A stretch of DNA of 64,000 nt from a virus (taxonomy: Duplodnaviria > Caudoviricetes): positions 1 to 64,000 of IMG/VR virus record IMGVR_UViG_3300032270_000543; one strand, written 5' to 3'. Positions 1 through 7,538 of this stretch are shown in pieces (position 1 is the stretch's first letter; every line of letters starts with the position of its first letter). The notes beneath the pieces are model-generated. The model searched no databases and was not told the origin of the DNA. It was given only the letters and a program-made list of their open reading frames with translations. Both the position numbers and the translations under genes were made by a program.

Positions 1-1
1 A

Positions 2-730
2 CACCGCAAAGTGTGCGCCCTTGTAGCCCTTGGCGTTCACCGTCCACACCGACCGCTTGTTCTTCATGGGATTGTCTTCCCACTCCTTGCCCTGTAGTCC
101 GTGGTGCTTCAGTTTGGGATCGGTGGTTCCGTCACGCATCTCGGTGCGGTCACGGGTTCCCCAATTACGAGCAGGTTCCTTGATCGCTTCGTGATCGTAG
201 TAATACTTGGGCTTCTTGGACAGCAGGAAGATGTACTCATGCGACTTCGTGCAGCGGTCTTCCACGCTTTCGGGCATGGGATTGGGCTTGCTCCAAATAA
301 TGTCCTGCCGCAGATACCACCCGTCCGCTTGCAGCGCAAACGCTACGCGCCACGGAATGCCGATCAAGTCCTTCGTCTTCAGCCCCTTCTGATCCTTGCG
401 GTTTGCAGGAACAAAGTCTGAAGGCATTCCACGCTGACCGCCCTGCGTCTGCGGGGGCGGGGCGCAGTTCTTTGCGCTCATGTACGAGTCGCCAAGATTC
501 AGCCACAGCGTACCGTCATCACGCAGGATGCGGCGCACCTCGCGGAACACTTCAGTCATCTTCTGCACATAGCCGTCCACGGTGTCCTCCTGACCGATCT
601 CGCTGTCCCCGCCACCGTAGTCGCGGAGTCCAAAGTACGGTGGGGATGTAATGCAAGTCTGAACGCAGCCGTCAGGCAGCGTCTTCATGCCTTCAATGCA
701 GTCGCCAAGTATGATGCTGTGTGTGTTCAT
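2..730 (-). CDS. DNA N4-C/N6-A methyltransferase (beta class), truncated by the left window edge
   Basis: Not in the ORF track. Hand translation from ATG 730 gives MNTHSIILGDCIEGMKTLPDGCVQTCITSPPYFGLRDY...LRDDGTLWLNLGDSY...HEYIFLLSK...NKRSVWTV, with the TSPPY catalytic motif. Confidence 0.9.
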   Translation of the reverse strand, partial: MNTHSIILGDCIEGMKTLPDGCVQTCITSPPYFGLRDYGGGDSEIGQEDTVDGYVQKMTEVFREVRRILRDDGTLWLNLGDSYMSAKNCAPPPQTQGGQRGMPSDFVPANRKDQKGLKTKDLIGIPWRVAFALQADGWYLRQDIIWSKPNPMPESVEDRCTKSHEYIFLLSKKPKYYYDHEAIKEPARNWGTRDRTEMRDGTTDPKLKHHGLQGKEWEDNPMKNKRSVWTVNAKGYKGAHFAV

Positions 731-966
731 TTCTTTTTTTTCTTTTCTTGATGAAGTAGTTTCATTTGCTTTTTTGTAGGATTATGCTTCTTCAACTCTT
801 CCTCATACCAACGCAGAAACTCTTTATCCTCTTGGGTACGCTTTGCGTCTTCGGCATTGGCTCTTGAATTCAAAGAGCGAGGATTGTTCTTATAGCATTC
901 GGGAACCCGAAACGCAGCAGTCTTTCTGTGCCTATGAATGTGTTTTGGCAGTTTGTCTTCGTTCAT
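727..966 (-). CDS. small basic hypothetical protein (79 aa)
   Basis: 3' part of ORF 727..1155. ATG 966 lies just after the speD-like stop, and there is an ATGA overlap with the MTase. Confidence 0.6.
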   Translation of the reverse strand: MNEDKLPKHIHRHRKTAAFRVPECYKNNPRSLNSRANAEDAKRTQEDKEFLRWYEEELKKHNPTKKQMKLLHQEKKKKK

Positions 967-976
967 TGGAACACTG

Positions 977-1372
977 TCAGGCGATATCGCCGTATCCCTT
1001 GCCGCGTACAAAGAAGTTCTCTTCGTGCCCTTCAAAACCAAAGCATTCCCGTGCGTAGTCAAGAATGATCTGCTTGTCAAACTTGTTGCAGGAGTACACA
1101 TCAAGCGTGATGAACCGCTTTGGCTCCATTGAGTGAATCTGAATGCCGCTCTCAATGAGTGGAACCCAACCGCTCACCCCTGCCTTGTCGGGATACAGTT
1201 CTGTGCCGTGGTTGGTTGGACCGTGCATGACTACGGGCTGTGACATACGGGTCATGCCGATCTTGTCCACAACGCGCTCAAGAAAGCGGTAGTGCAACTC
1301 CAAGTCATCGGCTGCACCGATGCGGCAGTTGTACATATCAAGGTAATACGAATATCCGAATGGGTTGCTCAT
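977..1372 (-). CDS. speD: pyruvoyl-dependent S-adenosylmethionine decarboxylase-like proenzyme (SpeD family)
   Basis: GVSGWVPLIE-SGIQIH...LDVYSC matches the class 1b AdoMetDC pattern GxSxxxxIxESHxxIH...DxxxC. The E-S cleavage site and Cys are kept. Confidence 0.8.
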   Translation of the reverse strand: MSNPFGYSYYLDMYNCRIGAADDLELHYRFLERVVDKIGMTRMSQPVVMHGPTNHGTELYPDKAGVSGWVPLIESGIQIHSMEPKRFITLDVYSCNKFDKQIILDYARECFGFEGHEENFFVRGKGYGDIA

Positions 1373-2133
1373 GTGAAAAAATCCTCTAGTGTGGGCTTGC
1401 CCTTTAGTGGCTTGCCTGTGATCAATGCGTCCAAATCGTCTTCACCCAATCCCAATCCTTCTGCTAGTTGTCGCACAAACTCCCATGCTCGTTCAGGACT
1501 GACCCGCTCACTATACAGGCGAAAGTGTTCGGGCGCAAGAGCAATCGCTTCGGGAAGCAGTTTGTTATGCTTGGATTCATTTTCTCTACCATCAAGTATT
1601 CTCAAATTGACAGGATGATGTATTCCTCCGTGGTTAATTGGAAGAATATGGTCTATGTGATACTCTCGTCCTGTCTCCCTTTGGAGTTCTTGGCGAGTGC
1701 GTTCCATTGAGAGTATTTTCTCTTTTTCGTTGGCAGTCAAGCGAACTGACGAATTTTTCTTCTTACATCTCCGTCTTCTGTTGTTTTCACTTATGATGTC
1801 AGGATTGCGTTTCCGCCAAGCCTTTTTACCAGCCTCAACCCGTTCACGGTTCTGTTCGCGGTAAGCCTTCTTCCTCATCAAGGTTTTTTCGTGATTGCGT
1901 TCGCGGTAAGCCTTGTCGTAAGCCGCTTTTTTTTCGGGATTGAGTTTGTGCCAAGCCTTCATGTTCCTGGCTTTCCGTTCACGACTGCGTTCGCGGTAAG
2001 CCTTTTCTACCGCAGCGATCCGTTCACGATTGCGTTCGCGGTAAGCCTTACTTGTCGCCGCAGCCCTTTCACGATTGCGTTGATACCAAGACTTCTTGTA
2101 CTCCGCACTCTTTTTGGTATCTTTATACGGCAC
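1369..2133 (-). CDS. HNH endonuclease with N-terminal 15-aa basic repeats
   Basis: YHIDHILPINHGGIHHPVNLRILDGRENESKHNK HNH motif; repeats of KAYRERNRERI type. Confidence 0.85.
   Translation of the reverse strand: MPYKDTKKSAEYKKSWYQRNRERAAATSKAYRERNRERIAAVEKAYRERSRERKARNMKAWHKLNPEKKAAYDKAYRERNHEKTLMRKKAYREQNRERVEAGKKAWRKRNPDIISENNRRRRCKKKNSSVRLTANEKEKILSMERTRQELQRETGREYHIDHILPINHGGIHHPVNLRILDGRENESKHNKLLPEAIALAPEHFRLYSERVSPERAWEFVRQLAEGLGLGEDDLDALITGKPLKGKPTLEDFFT
1800..2085. repeat. degenerate 45-bp coding tandem repeat inside the HNH gene
   Basis: cgttcacgattgcgttcgcggtaagcctt-like units at about 1841, 1886, 1976, 2021 and 2066. Confidence 0.8.
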
Positions 2134-2136
2134 ACC

Positions 2137-2523
2137 TCACCCCCGCATCGCCTTCACGATCTTGTTCCAATACTTCAAAGTTGCATTGCGCTTATGACCC
2201 TGTGGTCCGCCGTTGTGGATACGCGCCAACTGTTCAACGGTCGCGCCCTTCGGGGCATAACGCGCCCAATACGCACGGATGATCCGCTCTGAATACGCCT
2301 TGTCCATGCAGTCTTCGTACTCCCCGCCGATGGACTTGTCGTGTTCCACCGCATCCTGCCAGTACTCGCGCCAAATCTGATACGGACCAATGGCTCTGCC
2401 GCCATCGCCAACCGTGATCTTGCCGTGATTGGATTCCACAGCGTACATGGCATCAAGCAGCGGACGAGTATCAACCGTGGGAGGAACAAGACAGATAACC
2501 GTAGACAGAATCAAACCAAACAT
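2137..2523 (-). CDS. invertebrate-type (destabilase-like) lysozyme, candidate endolysin
   Basis: AVES...GDGG.AIGPYQI...YWQDA and LARIHNGGP.G....TLKYW motifs; hydrophobic N-terminus. Confidence 0.75.
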   Translation of the reverse strand: MFGLILSTVICLVPPTVDTRPLLDAMYAVESNHGKITVGDGGRAIGPYQIWREYWQDAVEHDKSIGGEYEDCMDKAYSERIIRAYWARYAPKGATVEQLARIHNGGPQGHKRNATLKYWNKIVKAMRG

Positions 2524-3440
2524 GGTGCATGAACCTTTCTGTACTCAAGAAGTGCCAAGTCCTTTGCCTTGGCTTCAATCATCACATCGTATTCCACCGT
2601 GTCCGACAGCAGAGGTATTTCGTTGCGAATGTAATCGGAGTGTGCTTGGGGACGGGAACCTTCCTTGGATTCGGAGTAGTGAACCTTGGGGATTTCACAG
2701 AATCCCTGCCATGTACTGAACGCCATGTCAGCGGCTTCGCGCAGGGACTCGCGGTTGCAGAAGCGGTGGTGGTGAACATCCAACACCAACTTGATGGTAC
2801 AGTGCTTGGCAACTTCGGTGTACAGTTCCGTCATGCTCCACATTGTGGGCTTGTCGTCATTCTCAAGGGTAAGCCGCCGCTTGATTGCGGGAGGCAGCGC
2901 ACAGAATGACTTCAGGAACCGCCCTGCGGTGGAGTGCTTGTCGCCGTACACGCCGCCCATGTGGATGTTGATGGCAAACTCGTCACCGTACCCCAAGATG
3001 TCGGCAATGAGCGAGTGCATAGCCAAGCACTTGATGCTTTTCTCCACCGTGTGCGGATCAGGTGATGCAATGCAAGTGTACGGACCAGGATGGCATGACA
3101 GTCGCATCCTGTTCGTCTTGGCGTACCAACCCGCCATGATTAGCGATGCGCGGATGGAGGCTTCGTGTTCAGGCAGCAAGTCCGTGATCTCGTAGCCAAG
3201 CGTGGGGTGATCCATGAACGGAAACATTCCGCTGCCGATACGGAAGAACTTGATACCGTTCGCAACATTCCATTCAAGGATGGGGAGCAGATCAGCGGCG
3301 TTCCGCGCACCTAGTTCCCCCACCCGCTCAAGGGAAAAGCGATCCATCCGCAGTGTGCGGTCGGTGAACAGCCGATCTTTCGGCTTGCGCCCTGTTGCAA
3401 GGGAAAGGTTCTGACAGGCGTAGCCAAGGTGTCGAATCAT
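2511..3440 (-). CDS. uvsE: UV-damage endonuclease (UvsE/UVDE)
   Basis: LGYAC, FFRIGS, RLSCHPG, LENDDK, LDVHHH, KVHYSES, AHSDY and MIEAKAKDLA motifs. Confidence 0.93.
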   Translation of the reverse strand: MIRHLGYACQNLSLATGRKPKDRLFTDRTLRMDRFSLERVGELGARNAADLLPILEWNVANGIKFFRIGSGMFPFMDHPTLGYEITDLLPEHEASIRASLIMAGWYAKTNRMRLSCHPGPYTCIASPDPHTVEKSIKCLAMHSLIADILGYGDEFAINIHMGGVYGDKHSTAGRFLKSFCALPPAIKRRLTLENDDKPTMWSMTELYTEVAKHCTIKLVLDVHHHRFCNRESLREAADMAFSTWQGFCEIPKVHYSESKEGSRPQAHSDYIRNEIPLLSDTVEYDVMIEAKAKDLALLEYRKVHAPCLV

Positions 3441-3661
3441 GTCCCTAGTTTACCACCGTGCATATTTGAATCAACCCGTATCCCGAAAGTTCCATTTTTC
3501 CAAATGCGGATTTGATCAATTCGGAAATGCTTAATACTTGAATCTAAAAGCACAACACACCACACATCGTTTTCCCAAGTGCCGCCGTCACGAACATACA
3601 TGGCATATCCATCGCCCAAAGGCGTTACCACAGGGACGGGATTGCGGAATTCGTGGATCAC
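3437..3661 (-). CDS. hypothetical protein (74 aa)
   Basis: ATGA overlaps at both ends. Confidence 0.7.
   Translation of the reverse strand: MIHEFRNPVPVVTPLGDGYAMYVRDGGTWENDVWCVVLLDSSIKHFRIDQIRIWKNGTFGIRVDSNMHGGKLGT
3447..3474 (-). promoter_or_regulatory. sigma70-like promoter (TTGATT-16-TAAACT, extended -10) immediately upstream of uvsE
   Basis: -35 at 3474-3469, -10 at 3452-3447, ATG at 3440. Confidence 0.5.
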
Positions 3662-3987
3662 TTGCTCTTACGCTCTTCCTGTTCCTTCAGATACGCAGCA
3701 AGCAGCACCATGTAATTAATCACATCCACACAGGTGTCCATGAAGGACTCGTCCTGTACATTCATCTTGCCTGCGTGGATGAAAGACGACAGGCGGCTCA
3801 TCTTGTCCGTGAGGCGCACCATGAAGCCCTGCTCCGTCTTGCAGATGCCCATAGACTCCACGCGGGTAAAGTTGGCAAACGGTTCCGTGCCGTCCTTGCC
3901 TGCGTAGTCGCGGTTCTTCTTGCTCATCAGTTCGCGGGCTGCGCCGCACAGTTCAGCGTGAAATGCTAGTAGTTCTTCTCGCGTCAT
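3658..3987 (-). CDS. DUF1599/Nmad1-like all-alpha (MazG-like) nucleotide-modification-associated protein
   Basis: KKNRDYAG...PFANF...VRLTDKMSRL...DESFMDTCVDVINYMVL; start set to ATG 3987 because of a GGAG RBS. Confidence 0.7.
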   Translation of the reverse strand: MTREELLAFHAELCGAARELMSKKNRDYAGKDGTEPFANFTRVESMGICKTEQGFMVRLTDKMSRLSSFIHAGKMNVQDESFMDTCVDVINYMVLLAAYLKEQEERKSK

Positions 3988-3988
3988 T

Positions 3989-4561
3989 TTAGGCTCCCAT
4001 GTTTGCGTCAAAGTTATACAGCCCCGTGCTGCCGAATCCGCCTTCGCGCTGCGTCTTCTTTTGCGGGGGGTGATGAGTCTTCACAAGATCAACAGGCTGA
4101 TTGCGGACAAGTTCGGCTTGGCAGATTCGTGCGCCGTTGGGAATGCTCAAAAGGCACGAACTCTGCGTGGACACCATGACCTTGAGTTCATCGGTGTAGT
4201 CAGAATCAATCACGCCTTCAGCATTGGACAGCACAAAGCCGTCCTTCAGTGCCATGCCACTACGCGCATGGAGGCGCACCGAGTAGCCTTCAGGGATATC
4301 AAGGATGAGTCCCGTGGGCAGCAGGAACCGCCAACCTGGCGGGATGTCCAACACGCCCTGCGTGGGGTAGATTTCTGCCTTTACATTCTGTGGTCCGTAT
4401 GCGACCACAGGCTTCCACGCACCCCAATCCTCGTCAGAGTTTTCAGGATCGGGATGGAAACGCACACAGATGTCAAAACACGCAGAGCCGTCTGTGGCAA
4501 ATGCGGGAACCGTTGCATCGGTATCGGGAATGAGATAGAAACCAAGTGTAGGCTTGTCCAT
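3989..4561 (-). CDS. dut: trimeric dUTPase
   Basis: GSACFD, ARSG, GVIDSDY, RICQ and REGGFGSTG motifs I-V. Confidence 0.93.
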   Translation of the reverse strand: MDKPTLGFYLIPDTDATVPAFATDGSACFDICVRFHPDPENSDEDWGAWKPVVAYGPQNVKAEIYPTQGVLDIPPGWRFLLPTGLILDIPEGYSVRLHARSGMALKDGFVLSNAEGVIDSDYTDELKVMVSTQSSCLLSIPNGARICQAELVRNQPVDLVKTHHPPQKKTQREGGFGSTGLYNFDANMGA

Positions 4562-4582
4562 GATGAAGTCTCCTTATAGGGG

Positions 4583-4610
4583 AGTATAGCACAAGAAGCA
4601 GGGGAGTCAA
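4583..4610 (-). promoter_or_regulatory. sigma70-like promoter (TTGACT-16-TATACT with TGn extension) upstream of dut
   Basis: -35 at 4610-4605, -10 at 4588-4583, followed by an AAGGAG RBS. Confidence 0.7.
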
Positions 4611-4822
4611 TCACCCTGCTTCAAGATTCGTGTATAGTTTTTATTTTGAAGTATCACGCCCGTTTCACGATCCCGACGAAATACACTACTCTGATTGGAC
4701 TGCTTCAGTATTACGCCAGTCTTTTTAGGATAGACATCAAACTGTGTCCGCGCAACACAAATCTTGTCGTGCTGCTTCTTTGGTCGTATTTCCCAATCCG
4801 TGTATTTGAGTTTAAGTTTCAA
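4607..4822 (-). CDS. small basic hypothetical protein (71 aa)
   Basis: 3' part of ORF 4607..4909. TTG 4822 overlaps the upstream TGA, and the protein has an internal TGVIL repeat. Confidence 0.5.
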   Translation of the reverse strand: MKLKLKYTDWEIRPKKQHDKICVARTQFDVYPKKTGVILKQSNQSSVFRRDRETGVILQNKNYTRILKQGD

Positions 4823-5241
4823 TGGCTTGCCTTCGGAGCCACAACAAACCGTCCGTTTAGGAGTTCGTCTGTGGTGACTCCCTTGGTGACATCCAACGAA
4901 TATTTCCATTGTCCTGCGTGGATGTATCCCATCGTGGTGGAATCAACAGTAACGCGAATACCGCCCGTGAAGACTCCACCCGTTTCCCCGCTATTCAGGT
5001 ATATTCTACCAGAACCAGAAACTCCACCTGTTCCTGTATATGAACCCGTGGATCCGCCACTAGTTACTCCTGAAGTAGTGACTTCAAGATACTTTGTGCT
5101 GCTTTCTGTGTAAGGACGGACATGGAAACGCGCAGAATACCCTGTTAGGTTGACAGCGTTGCCGTCATTGTCGTACCACTCCACATGGAAATCAAATGTG
5201 GAATATTCTTGCGCGTTGATGTCGTAGAAGGCTGATGCCAT
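4819..5241 (-). CDS. small beta-sandwich (BppU-N/Ig-like) putative virion protein with a G/S/T-rich loop
   Basis: STFDFHVEW.D.DG.AVNLTGYSARFHVR...G.WKYSLDV......LLNGRFVV pattern typical of small T4-like structural proteins. Confidence 0.6.
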   Translation of the reverse strand: MASAFYDINAQEYSTFDFHVEWYDNDGNAVNLTGYSARFHVRPYTESSTKYLEVTTSGVTSGGSTGSYTGTGGVSGSGRIYLNSGETGGVFTGGIRVTVDSTTMGYIHAGQWKYSLDVTKGVTTDELLNGRFVVAPKASH

Positions 5242-5378
5242 TAGAGTGCCTTTGCTTTGTTGGCAGCGTCACGGGCGCGGTTCTCGCTTTTCCGTAGTGC
5301 TGCTGCCTTGCGATTGCGGCGAGTAATACTGCTTGCAAAACCGCCTCTTCCCTTGCCGCTTGGTGAGTTTCTTGCCAT
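5241..5378 (-). CDS. 45-aa basic peptide (below the ORF-track cutoff)
   Basis: MARNSPSGKGRGGFASSITRRNRKAAALRKSENRARDAANKAKAL; TAATG overlaps at both ends, GGAGG RBS, CTAAATA upstream. Confidence 0.7.
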   Translation of the reverse strand: MARNSPSGKGRGGFASSITRRNRKAAALRKSENRARDAANKAKAL

Positions 5379-6586
5379 TACTTCCTCCGCTTCTTGAAAG
5401 TCTTCACCTTATTTAGAACAGGAGCATCGGCAGGATTCACCACGGGAACGGATGGAAACTGTGGTTGACGCGCTTGCAGTTCCTTCAACTTTTCGATATA
5501 GGCAGCATGGTTTTTCCGAGTACGATCTATTTCGCTTTCTGGAAGTCTATTCTGCTTCAGAAGGACTTCACAAGCCTGAAAACCTGCCATGTGGTCATGC
5601 ACATAGAAAGCCGTGGCAGCCAGTTCATCTAGTGCCATCCACTTGTATATGTTCGTGTCGATGAACAGGATATCGTGCTGAGGATACGGTAGGTGTGCTG
5701 CTTCTTTTGCAAACAGATATGCAGCGCGTGGGCGACCGTTCATGCGTAGGAACCGAGCAATAGCGTGAAGTGGTTCGGCACGGCACGGGCGATAGTCGTA
5801 TGAGTCTAGGAACTTTTGCTGAACAACCGTCCAATTGCTTTCCTTCTGAATCTCACACAGCGCAATACGGAACAGCGAGTAGTAGCACTCCTCTTCCCAT
5901 CCGCCCATCTCCACCCGCTTGTAGTACGCTTCAATGGCTTTGTCCCACTGCTGCGAGTCAAAGTACGACTGCGCCAGATAGAACTGATAGCGAGAGTTCG
6001 TTGGATCAGTCTTCAAGGCTTCAATCAGAGTTTCTGCGTCCTTGGAGTACTTCTCCACCTGTGTAATGTTCACATTGCGGTGACCAAGGGTACGAGCCTC
6101 AAGCGCGTAGTCGCCTTCAATACGGAACTGCATGAGAGGCTGCTTTTCACAGTGAGCATACTCATGCAGAACACCAATGTACTTCCAGCCAATACCTGTC
6201 TTGAAGATTTGATTGCGCCACCACACACAGCCGTCACGACCGCACTTGAGTGCATACGCATCGTTCGTAAGATTCTTTCCATTGGGGTACTTGAAGTTGC
6301 CAACGATCTTGTCGTCTGCATCAATCATCCATGCGTAGTCTGCCTTGCCGTCACATAGGGCAAGGGCTTCGCTGCGGTTATGACCAAAGTTTACCCACGG
6401 ACGCTCAATGAGTTCGCCTGGAATTCCCTTCTCCGCAAAGTAGTTGCGGATCAGGTCTTGGGTTCCATCCGTGGAACCCGTGTCCACGATGACCCAATAG
6501 TCGATGTGCTGCCAAATAGAATCAAAGCACTCGCGGATAATGTGCGTTTCGTTTTTGACGATCATAGAGAGGCATACTGTAGACAT
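5378..6586 (-). CDS. GT2 glycosyltransferase with C-terminal TPRs
   Basis: CLSMIVKNE...IVDTGSTDGT...NFGHNRS...IDADD...GVLHE, followed by TPR-like helices (FYLAQSYFD...AIEAY). Confidence 0.9.
   Translation of the reverse strand: MSTVCLSMIVKNETHIIRECFDSIWQHIDYWVIVDTGSTDGTQDLIRNYFAEKGIPGELIERPWVNFGHNRSEALALCDGKADYAWMIDADDKIVGNFKYPNGKNLTNDAYALKCGRDGCVWWRNQIFKTGIGWKYIGVLHEYAHCEKQPLMQFRIEGDYALEARTLGHRNVNITQVEKYSKDAETLIEALKTDPTNSRYQFYLAQSYFDSQQWDKAIEAYYKRVEMGGWEEECYYSLFRIALCEIQKESNWTVVQQKFLDSYDYRPCRAEPLHAIARFLRMNGRPRAAYLFAKEAAHLPYPQHDILFIDTNIYKWMALDELAATAFYVHDHMAGFQACEVLLKQNRLPESEIDRTRKNHAAYIEKLKELQARQPQFPSVPVVNPADAPVLNKVKTFKKRRK
5410..5416 (-). promoter_or_regulatory. late-promoter motif CTAAATA
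   Basis: About 30 nt upstream of ATG 5378; same motif as before structural genes. Confidence 0.55.
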
Positions 6587-6605
6587 TCACGATCTCCTTG
6601 TACGG

Positions 6606-7538
6606 TTATTTATGCGCGGCAATCCAATCTTCAAGACGAACTTTGGAAGTCCATCCAAGATGCTTATTTGCTTTCAAGGCGTTGGCTAGTGTCACACGCG
6701 ACTCGCCAATACGAGCAGGAATATTTGCAGTTTCTCCACCCATCATTCGCGCAATCTCATTTATTGAATGATTCTTACCTGTACCAATGTTGTAGACCTG
6801 ACCCCACTCCCAAGCACGATATACAATTTCGTTCTCCACCAAATATTCAGGAGCCACGAACTGCGAAGCATTGATATTTGCTTGCACCACATCACTCACA
6901 TGAGTAAAGTCACGCCGCTGTTCACCGTCACCCACGATGGTCATGGGTTCTCCTGCTGCTCGCTGACGCAGGAAGATTCCAATCACGGGAGCATATTGAC
7001 CACGCAGGGGCTGACGCTCTCCGTACACATTGAAGTAGCGGAAGATGACAGTCTCCAATCCGTACAGTTTGGAGTACATTTTGCACAACTCTTCGCCTCC
7101 CGTCTTGGAAACCGAATACGGGTTCAGGCAATCGTTGGGCATGGTTTCCACAAGAGGTGGATTGTTCTTCAATCCGTAAGCAGCAGAAGTTGATGAATAG
7201 ATTACTCGCTTGACACCACAGACACGGGCGCACTGCAACACACTGGCTGTGCCAAGCATATTGGCTTCCACAGCCTTTAGCGGGTCTTCAATGCACGGCT
7301 GAATGCGGGCTTCCGCAGCAAGGTGAAACACCGTGTCCACACCCTCATACAGTTTACGAACCATTGTGTAGTCATTGATGTCGTACTTGTAGTTCTTGGC
7401 AGCAGGGTTCCAATAGAACTGATCATGTGCATCTGATGATTCATTGTCGATCACCGTGACTTCGTGACCGTCCGCAATCAGCCGATCAACGAGATTTGAT
7501 CCAATGAAACCCGCTCCACCTGTTACTAGTGCTTTCAT
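6606..7538 (-). CDS. NAD-dependent nucleotide-sugar epimerase (GalE-like extended SDR)
   Basis: TGGAGFIGS, HLAA, YSVSK (YxxxK), RYFNVYG and GDGEQRRDF motifs. Confidence 0.92.
   Translation of the reverse strand: MKALVTGGAGFIGSNLVDRLIADGHEVTVIDNESSDAHDQFYWNPAAKNYKYDINDYTMVRKLYEGVDTVFHLAAEARIQPCIEDPLKAVEANMLGTASVLQCARVCGVKRVIYSSTSAAYGLKNNPPLVETMPNDCLNPYSVSKTGGEELCKMYSKLYGLETVIFRYFNVYGERQPLRGQYAPVIGIFLRQRAAGEPMTIVGDGEQRRDFTHVSDVVQANINASQFVAPEYLVENEIVYRAWEWGQVYNIGTGKNHSINEIARMMGGETANIPARIGESRVTLANALKANKHLGWTSKVRLEDWIAAHK
6607..6613 (-). promoter_or_regulatory. late-promoter motif ATAAATA
   Basis: About 20 nt upstream of the GT2-TPR start, followed by AAGGAG. Confidence 0.55.

Noticed and set aside
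1800-2085. Regularly spaced ~29-bp repeats resembling a mini-CRISPR array
   Set aside because: The period is 45 bp and in frame, the units are degenerate and encode the 15-aa repeats of the HNH protein, and no cas genes are present
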